Source: Octopus sinensis
Lineage: Eukaryota
Assembly (NCBI RefSeq): GCF_006345805.1
Contig: NC_043007.1
Span: 54,560,001 to 54,624,000, forward strand
Direction of reading: 5' to 3'
Length of the DNA: 64,000 nt
The notes under the pieces are model-generated. The model did no database searches. It saw only the letters and a list, made by a program, of their open reading frames with translations, and was not told where the DNA came from. Below, in pieces: positions 50,471-61,850 of this stretch (position 1 is its first letter; each line of letters opens with the position of its first letter). A program made the translations under genes and the position numbers.

Positions 50471-52942
50471 ACAACAAATAAAATGAGGACAAATATCTGT
50501 CAAATGTAATTAATGTAAATAATGTCATTTGGCTTTCTCACAACTTTCTTCTGAAAAAATAGAAACTCTGTGTGTGTGTGTGCTACATCAAATTATAGTT
50601 ACCAAATTTTTGAGTTCTGATATTGTTCTTCGACTTCTGTTTTAATATTGAATCTTAAGCCAAAGGACAAAACCCCACTATTATGTCCTCTGCTGTTGCT
50701 ACATTTTATCAATAGAATAAAGTTCTTGATTGTTGATTGGCATCTTAAACTACTGCTGATCAAATACTAAACAAAAACATAGGTAGCGTGTGTGATAGAT
50801 ATGGTTGAGCTAGTCATAAGTACTAAGATTGTGATGTGTAGATAAATTATGTATAAGTTCATTTTTAGAGAACAACTAGTTTCTAGCTGTATTTATCACC
50901 TTTCTTGTGAAAATTATTTGTTGCTATTATTGGAATTAATGTTATGGAGTGACTAAAGAGGTCAAAGGAAACTTGCATCAAGAAATAATTAAAAGTAAAA
51001 TAGATATGTTTCTTATTCAGTTCATATATTATGGTTGAGAAAAGGAGAGAGAAAAAGACATTTTAAGGCACCTGAGTCTATAAAATAATAATGAGCTTAT
51101 TGAATATATTGTATAGAATACTCAGGTGCACTACAACTCCTCTAACTTTATTTCTTATCTAATAATTTTCTGCTTGCTCACATTTTTTAATATTTCAATT
51201 GTACTCTGTTCCATAACATGTTCATTTCTATTTCAAAATAGTTTAGATTTTTATATCATCATCATCATCTTGCAATAATGAATATTCTTAATTATTGGCT
51301 GAAATAGGAAATATTTGATTAAATCTGTCACATTTTCAATATGCTTTCATTGCATTCTCTTTTCTAAATTTTAAAATGATTCCATTGTGATATTTTGTTA
51401 TTTTTGTTTTTTTTTCCCCCCCCCATCTCTTAGGTTTAGTTATAGTACTTTTTATGTGAAAATCAGGATTTACCACAAAGAACATTGACAGTTTAGACCT
51501 TATAACAGTATATTAAATGTACTATAGATCTACTGCTACTGCTGCGGCTCCAGTTACTCCTTTCCCCTCCACTGAATAAGATAATTTTCTGGTGCATTTT
51601 TTTTCTCTTCAAAATTGTCCTACCTACTTCCTTTGTAGTATGAACCTAATCATAGACGGGATACAGATAATGTGAGTACAAAACTCTGAGAGCCCATTGC
51701 AACTTTGTAATAACTATGCTTGCTCTAATACTGCGTTTCATCTGGTTGCTCAACTACTAAACTATGTTACTGTTTTTAAACTTAATTTCTTTATCATATT
51801 TTCTTTTTACTCCTTATACTCCTAAATGATCATGGCATTGAGAAGATTTTTCGTTTTTGAAGAAATCTCAGACTCTTTAACTTGCATGATAGCATGGGCT
51901 CTTTTTTTTCTTTTCTTTTTATTAGACTGGTCTTCATATAACATGAAATATTAAAAATATGAAGTTCAAAAAATAATTCTTAAGATAGATTTTAAATACC
52001 ATCCTTATACAAGGGTCCTTACATTTATAGTTTTAGTACATTAATGAAAAGATGAGTTAACTAAACTAGTTTTAGGATTTTTTTTATTTATCTAAACCAG
52101 ATTGCTATTATTAGAAATATGAAATGCAGTGCTTTATTGCAGAGTTTTTAAATTTATTGTATGGTTTTTGCCTAGTATACAAAAGTACAGAGCCTTTTAT
52201 AAATATTACATGCTATTTAGTAAAACATAAAAATTACTGTGAGTTTAAGAGGCCCTATGATGGATACTTGGTTAGATGTTTGTGTCTTACTCGATTGTAC
52301 TCTTTTTTTTTATAGCTGAGTAGTTATTTTATAAAACTGGAATATGTTGTTCTATTTCAAATGTTTCACTTAGTAAAATCTATCCAACCCATGCTAATAT
52401 GCAGAAAATAGATGTAAAATATAAGAGAATGTTGTTACTTCCTTGAGTCTGAAAGATGGGGCAGAGCCTGTGAACTTTGCAACTCTTCCAAAACTAATAA
52501 GATTGATACCATTAACATTCCATTTAAATGGTTACAGATTAACACCTGAAAAAAAAGAGATTCCAGAGGGATGATATTCTAGGGATAAAGGATTAGGTAT
52601 AGTGGTTAGTAGAAGGAAAGGAGAGTTGCACACATCAAGGGTGACAAGTGGTGAAGGTATGAAACAACCATCTCCAAATAACTGAAACTATTATAGTAGC
52701 AATGGAAAAGACAGAGGAAATCAGTAACCCAATGAAAAATAGACCTCACAAACAGCATCTAAAAGCTTAGATGGTATCTCATAAAATCTTCCCTCATTAA
52801 AAAGGTAAAAATTTTAAAATCTAAATTGATAATTTTACTTCTTTTTAAAAAAAAGACACCAGAAACTTGTATTGAATCAGTATTAACAATTCTGTTACTG
52901 GTCTAATTAACATGCAGTTATATACTGATTTAAAATAACATA

Positions 52943-53173
52943 GGGCGGCGAGTTGGCTGAAGCGTTAGCACGCTGAGGGAAATGCTTCGTGGTATTTCGT
53001 CTGCGTTACGTTGTGAGTTCAAATTCCGCCGAGGTCGACTTTGCCTTTCATCCTTTCGGGGTCGATAAATTAAGTACCAGTTACGCACTGGGGTCGATGT
53101 AATCGACTTAATACCTATGTCTGTCCTTGTTTGTCCCCTCTGTGTTTAGCCCCTTGTGGGTAATAAAGAAATA
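52943..53173 (+). mobile_element. Well-preserved tRNA-derived SINE
   Basis: GGCGGCGAGTTGGCTGAAGCG A-box region, GAGTTCAAATTCC B-box, core GACTTTGCCTTTCATCCTTTCGGGGTCGATAAATTAAGTACCA and an A-rich end. Related degenerate copies at about 19325, 34651, 49125 and 56381. Confidence 0.85.
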
Positions 53174-53288
53174 GGTTGCATTTCTTTTTTGAGGTGCTAT
53201 GCATGTGTCAATGTTTCTGATGCAGCTATTCAAATTTATGTTATAATGAATATTGGGGTCATAAACTTACAAAGCTCATCCAAAACAA

Positions 53289-53331
<43 letters not shown>

Positions 53332-54089
53332 ATATGAAAAGCCTTCACTCAAGATCATTTAGAAAAGAAATCTGAAGAGAACTCTATACAAGTTAAAGAT
53401 AACAGAAAGCTGCAAAGCACATTGCTCGATTTTACAGATTTGATGTAGCAGAGTTTCTGTGCTAAAAGATGAAATTACCACCACCACTGTTTTGTTTTCC
53501 TTTGCTGTCTTCCAAGAAGGCATGGGTTGGATGGTTTTGCAGGACCCAATTTGTCAGAGGACAGTATCCTGCTCCAATGCCTACTTGGCTAGATGCCCTT
53601 CCTAATGCCAACAATTTTACTGAGTGCACAAGGTGCATTTTTCATGACAAGAACTACTAAGGTTGCCATGTAGTTCACATGACTAACATCCCCATTGACT
53701 TGAGTGGGGATACATTAGAGAGGGATGCCGCTTCATGTTAGATGATGAAAAGTTAGAGTATGAAAGAAGGGACCAAAACCAGTTTCATGTATAAATTATA
53801 CACACAAATGTGTGTGTGTGTGTATATATATATTCATATTCATGTCTATATCTACCTCCCTACCCACCTATATTTGTATTTACATATATACATAGATACA
53901 CACAGACGCATATATCTATCTATCCATCCATTATTGTTAGGAAGGTAATGTTGGTAAAGTCCTCAGGCAATGCAATTCCTTACAGTGCAAACTATGGACA
54001 TACAAAATATGCAATAGTATCACAAGCAGGTTAACAAAACAGTAGATTTTGCACAGAAGCAATAACCACAAAAACATAGGAAATAATTT

Positions 54090-55600
54090 TTTTTCAAATG
54101 CTCAGGAGGATCTCTAGAGGTAATAGATAGCTTTCATTACCTAGGTGATCTAATTAGCAGTGGAGGATGAGTAAAAGTATAGTCACTGGAATAGGAACAG
54201 GCTGGAAAATGTTCAGTGAACTTTTTACTCTGTAAATAACAAAAAGTTTCTATCTAATAGTGAAAAGCAGATTGTATGATGCTTTGGTATGAACTGCAAT
54301 GCTACATGGTAATGAGACATGGGTTCTTAATGCAGAGGACTCGGAAGAACTAAAAAGAAATGCATCTAAAGTACAAATGTATTGAAAGAAAAGATGGACA
54401 TAAGAGGAATCAAATGTAGTACACAAAAGTGAAGACTGCGCTGCTATGGGCATGTGATGCTTAATGATGAAGACAGCTGCAAAAAGGAAGTGCTAGTCAC
54501 TTCCTTTTTGTGGATGGAGCTTGTGGTAATGGGAAAGTCAAGAAGACATAGTTCGGGACTCTGAATTTGATGGAGGAACTGTCAAAGGACTGGGGTGACT
54601 AGCAATATGTTGTGCTTGAGAAAATCCACCCATCTTGCTGAAACTGAGGTTGTGGAAGCATAATGTGTGTATACACAATTGGACTTCTCATCCAATTTGC
54701 TCATTAAGTTTGCCCTCCCTCCCTCCCTGTCACTGATCTTTCCAACAGTTGCCTAATTACAGTATTAAGCTGCTATAGCTAAGTGGAGGTAGAAATACAT
54801 ATTTTACCATCTTTTTCTGTGATACCAGCTATCTTTCTTACTATCCAGTACCACTTCACTTGACATCCATTCTTCATATTCATAACATTGTCCCTTGCTA
54901 CTCTCACATTTCACATTGATTGCTCTTCTTTGCTACCAAATTATTACCTTTGCTTTGAACCATTTCCTGTTGACTTACCTCTATCACCATACATCTCACA
55001 TTCTCTCTATCTCTCCACACACACTTTTGAAACCTACCTACTCACTCATCCTCTCCTTTTCTCTCATATTTCTTTACTATATTATTATTACAGTTCTGCT
55101 GCTCTTCATCCTTTTCTGTACTGCCAGTCATCACTGACTCTTCTCTTCCTTTCCTCCAACTCTTATATATATATCATTGATCACTTTTCTACCTTTAACG
55201 CTACCCAATCTCTACAGTCAATGCCTACTCTTCTCTTTAACTTAAATTAATCTTTGTTCTTCATTCATTATATTCTTCATTCATTATATATTCATTATAT
55301 ACTGCTCACTCTTGCAGTATCTGCCCACCCACCCTTCTTATTCTGTCTCCATTAACTTCTACTCATCTTGAATCTTGAGGGATCATCCCACCTGACACTT
55401 TGTCACTACCATCTTTATTTCACTTTCCAGCATCATTCTAATTACTCCTACCCGTCCTTGTATGTAAGTAGCTGTGTATCTCTGTAGCAAGAAACCTGTT
55501 CCAGACCCTGCTTTTTATACTTTAATTTCTTATTACCAAGCATAAAGCCATCTTACTTTTTACTCTAGTCCTATTCTGTCCAAGGGATCCTGGTTTTCCC
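54090..55600 (+). mobile_element. Old RTE LINE 3' fragment with a pyrimidine-rich UTR
   Basis: YLGDLISSGG and RLRCYGHV remnants, similar to the RT C-terminus at 9200-9700. Confidence 0.55.
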
Positions 55601-55624
55601 TAGTTACACGGCAGCCTCAATAAT

Positions 55625-55820
55625 TTATTATTATCGGTACCGTGGTAGAAGCACCCAGTACCTTCTGTAAAATGGCTGGTGTTAGAAAGGGCCTCCAGTT
55701 ATTAAAAATCCACACAAAAGTAGACATCTGAGCATGATGCTGTCCTGCAATCCATTGGATCTTCTCAAACTCTCCAACCCGTACCAGCATGGAAGACAAA
55801 CATTAAAAGATGATTATGAT
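55625..55820 (+). mobile_element. SINE or RTE-tail fragment
   Basis: GGTGTTAGAAAGGGC...CCAACCC...CAGCATGGAA...GATGAT tail. Confidence 0.6.
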
Positions 55821-57276
55821 ATATCATATATCAACTATGTATATAGCTATGTATTTGTATATAAACTACATACATATATATTTGTGTGTGTGTGTGTGTG
55901 TGTGTAAACTACATGCTAAACTACAATTATTTACAGACTGCATGAATAAAATTATATCTAACTCTATAACTAACTCAGCTAAGGAGCAGAAATGACGTTA
56001 GAACCTGCATAATCCCTGTAACCACACCAAAACAAAACAAAAAAAAGGCAAGCCACAAGTACATAAACCACTAAAAAGTAACAAGCAGCAGAGACCTAAC
56101 TATAGAATGAAATCCAATTTAGCACAACCAGGAGTTTTCCTCATCAGCTGCCTAATGGATATTATTGTGATTTTGACACCCAAGATAAGATCACTACTTC
56201 TGTTGCCAATTTCTTAGGAAAAACAAATGTCATTTGGAAATATGTAAACCAGGTATTTGTACCCGGTCCACAACTTATAAATGTACATATTCCAAAGATG
56301 GATATATACGACTAATAAAACATGCAGGTAACAAATAATCATAATTCAATATAATATATCTCTGTCTGTTTACACACACACACAATGCCAGCCTATTAGC
56401 AGAATTGTTAGTGTTGGAAAGATGGCTTTGTGATAATTGTTCTGGTTAAGTTCAAATCCTTCCAAAGCCATCTTTGTTTCTTGCCCTTTCAAAGTTGATA
56501 AAGGAAGTACCAGACAAGTACTAGGGTCAATTCTTCTCTATCTTTCTCTGGATGAAATCAGCTCTTGTCAGATTTGGTTGGGTATGAATAACTATATGCT
56601 ATATGTCATGACAGCACCACTGCAACTCTGTCAAAGAGTTAAGGGACTGAGGCAAATTGTCTTAAGCAAGAATTTTTCCCATGACAAACTGCAGTGAAAA
56701 CATTTTACAAGTTCAAATATCTTTCAAACATATTTGGACTGCTCTTAAGTTTGTATATGTGTGGGGTTTTTTTGGGTTTTTTTCACATCTATTTGAAAAT
56801 TCCTGTTATTTCTAGTTTGCTTTCTAGTTCATGTATCTTACTCTAATAACTTATTCAATGAACAATATTCTAAGCACACTTTTACACCCACTTCCACTTC
56901 TATTTTCATAGTTTACTGTGATGTTGAAAAAATAGATTAAGCTACCATTTGTATAATTTTGTTAAATACATAGGTTCATTACAGTCATTGCATGTTGCAC
57001 TTTAACAATTTGTTTTCTTATTAATTATGAACTCACTCATTGTATATGGTACATATAGTTGAATATATGGGGTTTTATTTACTCACTTTGTACAAAATGC
57101 ATGTAAATGAGTATATAGACTCATTACACATGATGAATGTAGATGAGCATATATGAGTAAATAAACTTTCTCATTATTCTTGATGCATGGAAATGAATAT
57201 ATAAGGGTTTGGCTCCTGTTTACTGTGTATTTCACAGTTGCCTTTTAGGACTGTTCTGTACATTTTTGCTTGTTAA

Positions 57277-57498
57277 CCCTTTCAGTCCCAACCTGGCTGA
57301 AACTGCCTTTGGCTCTGTAGTACTAATGTCTTGTTTTCATTAGTTTTTAATTAAAATCTTCCACCAAATCTTAGTTACAGTTTATGTCCCTAACACTAGC
57401 TTAATGAGAACTAAGTTATTTTACTAAATTCTTTATTATATTTAAAATTAATTGAAAGAAACGCAGAGCATCTCAAAATATATATGGTAATGAAAGGG
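57277..57498. mobile_element. TTAA-flanked MITE, same family as 43045-43267
   Basis: ttaa|CCCTTT...GAAAGGG|ttat; the body is colinear with the 43-kb copy. Confidence 0.8.
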
Positions 57499-58355
57499 TT
57501 ATTGATAATTTCTTCCAGTACTTTAAAATACATAAAAACTTGACTGGAATAAAAGAATCTGTGCATTTGTTGGTGTTGGTTATCAGTTTTATTATTGCTT
57601 TTAGCATGTTTGCAGAATGTTGCATTTAACATTGGGTATTATTAGTAACTTTGAGTATATTGATGTTTCTATACTCTATCAGTGGCTCCAGCAGCAGCAG
57701 TAGTAGCAATTTTCATAGTACTATATTTACTTTATACTAATTTTTTAAGGCAGGAAAGTAATAAAGAACATGCTTAGTATATCAAGTTTATCCAGTTTTA
57801 ATCATAAATGCCTTTGTTGTTGCAGACAAATAAGATTTTTTGTTTTGTTTGTTTAATCTTCTGGATTTCTATTTCACATTTTTCTCCCCATACACTCTAT
57901 CTTCTATTCTAACTTGAGGTTATTTTTTTTATTCATTGTATTCATTCAAAATAATTTTATATATTTCTTTTAGTAAAAATATTTTGGATTTGTAAATGTA
58001 CTTCTTCAGTAGTTGAATTATGAAGAATTCTCTTTTAATTCTTATTTTTGTTTATATATTTATAATTTATTCAATATCTTAACTTATTTTCAAAGTATGA
58101 TTAGGTTATGTCATTCTATAATTTGCATAAACAGCCTTCAAAATTGGAGTGTGTTTTGTCTTTCTTTTATGTACAAAAACCTGAAAGTGATAGGTACTGA
58201 ACATGAGAAATATGTAGTTGTATGCAGGTAAAACTTTACTGTCAGGGGTGAATTTAAAATATGAAAATGATAGGATTCTTTATAAAATGAAAGAAAATAT
58301 TCAGGTATGAATAAAAAAAATTGCGTTTAGCCTCATACAATTACATATGTATATA

Positions 58356-59635
58356 TTGGGTTGGCAACTAAGTTCCTGCTGTTTTTTAAAATTAAAATTT
58401 TTTAAAAGGTTTAATAAAATATAACTAATTAATTAATTAATGTATTCACCCTTATTGTTTACAACTTCTTCCCAACGTTCAACAAGATTTTCAATACCTC
58501 GGTAGAAATCACCCAATTTTGACTCGAAAAATTGATCCAACCAAGCTCTCAATTCTGCATCAGTAGAACGAAACTCCACGCATAGCATTTGAAAGAGATC
58601 GAAAGATGTGGAAATCTCTTGGTGCCAAATCAGCAGAGTACGGTGGGTGTGGCAGCACTTCCCAGCCATGCGTTTGAATGGCTTCCTTGGACATATTTGT
58701 GATATGAGGGCTGGTGTTGTCGTGTAGCAGAAGAACTCCATGCTGCCGATTAGGTCTTTTCTCTTGAATAGCCATGTTGAATCATTCCATCTGTTGAACA
58801 TAGAGTTCCACGTTGACCATTTGGTTCCATTCAAGCAATTCATAATGGATAATCCCTTCCCAGTCCCACCATACACACAACATCATTTTACGCGGATGAA
58901 GATCTTGTTTCACATGTGGTGTCGCTTGTTTACCAGGGCTAAGCCATTCCTTACACTGCTTTATATTGATGTACAGGCACCATTTTTCATCGCCAGTAAT
59001 GATTCGGTAAAGAAATCATTGCTTATGTCCATGAGTTGAGCGGTGACAAGCAAGCAAACCAGCGGAGATTGTGGCTTGTTGATTGTTGTTGTTGTCACTT
59101 AAAGCATGCAGAAGCCATGCTCCATACTTCTGAACATTTCCCATCAAGTGAAGATGCTTCTCTATAGCAGTGTGGGAGCATTCCATTTTCTCCAATTCCT
59201 TCGTTGTTTGACAAGAATTTTCGTGCAAAAGTTGGTTTAATTGCTCTTCATCGAACTCAACTGGACGGCCAGACGAGGTGCGTCTTTGAGGTCAAAATTC
59301 CCATTTTTGAACTTGGCATACCAATCATGAGCGGTTCTTTCAGCTATGGCACCCTCTCCATACATAGCACAAATGTCACGAGCAGCTTTTGCAGCCTTAG
59401 AACCTTGATTCAAAGAAAAAAGGAGGAGGTGTCAAAAATGCTCATTTTTCTTAACTTGACATTCCATTTTAATGATCTGAAATTAAACAAAAATTAACTA
59501 AAATTAACTAGAAAAAAAAACAAAATCGATTCCGAATTGATTCAAAAATAGAATTCTTGAATAAAATAGATTCCAAAATTTTAAAACGCAATAAATTCGA
59601 AAATTTTAAAAAACAGTGGGAACTTAGTTGCCAAC

Positions 59636-59639
<4 letters not shown>
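58356..59639 (-). mobile_element. Full-length (1284 bp) decayed mariner transposon
   Basis: Perfect 21-bp TIRs TTGGGTTGGCAACTAAGTTCC (58356-76 and 59619-39) with TA on both sides. Confidence 0.95.
58433..59467 (-). pseudogene. Mariner DD34D transposase pseudogene
   Basis: ATG at 59467. Motifs ITGDEKW, LLHDNTSPH and HPPYSADLAPRDFHIF, disrupted by stops and frameshifts. Confidence 0.9.
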
Positions 59640-59670
<31 letters not shown>

Positions 59671-59742
59671 ATATGAAATAGAAGCAGCACTGGTGTAATA
59701 AACATTATCAACCACATACACTTAACGTGTTTGCCTTATGTA

Positions 59743-59782
<40 letters not shown>

Positions 59783-59949
59783 ATATATGTATGCATGCCA
59801 TTGGCAGCCTACCAGCGAATACAAATACATGAAGCATATACTTTAAGTATATGTGGTTGATTATATATATCGCTGACATGGTCAATGACAGTACTGCCTG
59901 ATTGGCACTCGTGTCAGCAGAACGTTAAAAGTATATCTGAGTGTGGGGG

Positions 59950-60528
59950 TAACCAGCCCACTTTTGAGTACCCCTCATTCATTGGACAGTAAACTTTGTT
60001 TGTGAAGACCTATTGCAGCAAGTGAAATCAAATCAAAATCGCTGATGTGGCCAGTGACAGTACCACCTGATTGGCACTTGTGCAAGTGGAACATTAAAAG
60101 CACATCTGAGTGTGATTGTTGCCAGGGCCATGGACTGGCTCCTGTGCCAGTGGCACGTAAAAGGCACCATTTGAGTGTGATCCTTGTCAGCATCGCCTTA
60201 CCGGCACATGTGCCAGTGGCATATGAAAAACAACATTCGAGTGTGGTTGTTGCCAGTACTGCTGGATTAGCTCCCATGCAAGTAACACGTAAAGAACATC
60301 TTTTGAGCATAGTCATTACTAGAACCACTTGACTGGCCCTCGTGCTGGTGGCACATAAAAGCACCCACTACACTCTTGGAGTGGTTGGCATTAAGTAGGG
60401 CATCCAGCTGTAGAGACTTTGCCAGATCAGATTGAGCTTGGTGCAGCCTTCTGACTCACCAGTCTTCAGTCAAACTGTCCAACCCATGCCAGCATGGAAA
60501 GCAAATATTAAATGATGATGATGATGTG
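59950..60528 (+). mobile_element. RTE 3' UTR fragment with internal tandem units and a (GAT)n tail
   Basis: Homologous to 25900-26556. Confidence 0.8.
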
Positions 60529-60559
60529 TGTGTGTTGTACACCCAACCATTAAGGTGTG

Positions 60560-61850
60560 TTTGATGTGGATTTGTTGTAGTTGGTCTTATTTTGATGGAG
60601 CGTTTGTTTGTGCATAATCCTATCCTGTCAAAAGATTGAAAATATCTTCTGTAGGCATTGGATATTAGAAACCCCATGGAGATGGATTTTTTTTTGTAGA
60701 AAGACCTTTTTAAACTTCTGAAAGGCTTCTGATGCCTGTCTGAGAAAGCTTTTAATCTCTTTGTCATTATGCTGCTGATGTATCTGAATTGGACAGGAGT
60801 GAATAGTTAGTTGATGCTGTTCTAACTGGAGAGGAAAAAAGGTAGTGTAGCACCATTGGTAGATGATATCAGTTTCTGATGTTAATTGTCAGCTCCATTC
60901 TAGTGTAATCTGAGATAATAGCTTGTAGGGCTTCTGGTGTATGAGATGCCATAGCACAGTCACCAATGTTCTGTTCATATTTGAGGTCAGTAATGGCCTG
61001 CAGACTCTGCATGTTGAAAAGATTTCCTATTTTTTAAGGTTTTGGTAGGAGCCATAACTTCAGCCAAGATTGCTGGTTCATCAAGTGCTCAATCCACAGG
61101 TTTAGATTGGTTTAGAATCTACCTAGTTGAAGTGATCTCCTCGGTGCTATTCTTAGCTGTCCCCTTTGTAGAGATGTACCACAGAACAATTCCTGAGGCT
61201 ATAAGCAATATTTATGTATCATGGACATTATGCATGTCTTGCCTGTCTGCATGGATCTGAATTTCCTGAGTTTTTACAACCTACCATTTATTCTTCAAAG
61301 CATGAGTGGTAGATGAAATTTCACTTCAAGGAACTTGCTGCTTTTTTTTTTTATAATCTATTTTTGAGCATGTAATGAGGATTTATCCAGAGTTACTCTC
61401 TGTACCCTGTACAGCATATCAATCAAGAAATTACCAATTTTACTGGAGTTATCTTCAAACCATTTTTGGTGGGTTTCTTTTTTTTTTTTTCTTTCTTTGA
61501 TCTGATTGTTTTGGCAGCAACATCATAAAATGTAGGATTGTTGTGTCATTCACTCCAATTTTAGATGTGATCAGGGCCTCTGAAACTTCCAATTTGACAG
61601 CTAATGAGTGATAGAAGTTCATGCAAAAACAGGACTGTTGAGCTAACAATTAATTAGCTTCTTGAAGTTTTGAGCACTTGAGCATCACAGAGAGCACACT
61701 TGCAATCTGACCTCTGTTAATATCATGTGAAGATCTGTCCAGCTTTCACCTCTACTCATAGGTGAGCTGAAGATCATTGAGGTCGACCCTCTTGACCATC
61801 ATGTAATTGAGTTTTTCCCCTACTATTTTAGTTGTTATTCATTTTGTAGC
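60560..61850 (-). mobile_element. Decayed LINE fragment (apurinic endonuclease-like region)
   Basis: Minus-strand remnant ITSKIGVNDTTI resembles the ETWL..I.D..I motif. The region is stop-ridden. Confidence 0.35.

Larger units (their letters stand above)
49528..50525. mobile_element. PLE-3: head-to-head inverted duplication of a PLE 3' end (GIY-YIG C-terminus, tRNA-like head, (AAT)n, HHR-like core)
   Basis: Arms about 49547-50030 and 50040-50525 are reverse complements around a 9-nt loop. Merging the two arms gives the translation TGDIDKLGIADHVWRNGDHLPLWDEIKIIDREHHWKIRKLKEAAHMLGHKNLLSKPSADMSSIWEPVLRKDRKILDL*. Confidence 0.85.

Noticed and set aside
51528-51580. Possible small HEATR5 exon (STATAAAPVTPFP)
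   Set aside because: No similarity to the expected LQPNS...GALEHD segment, it runs into a stop, and there is no donor.
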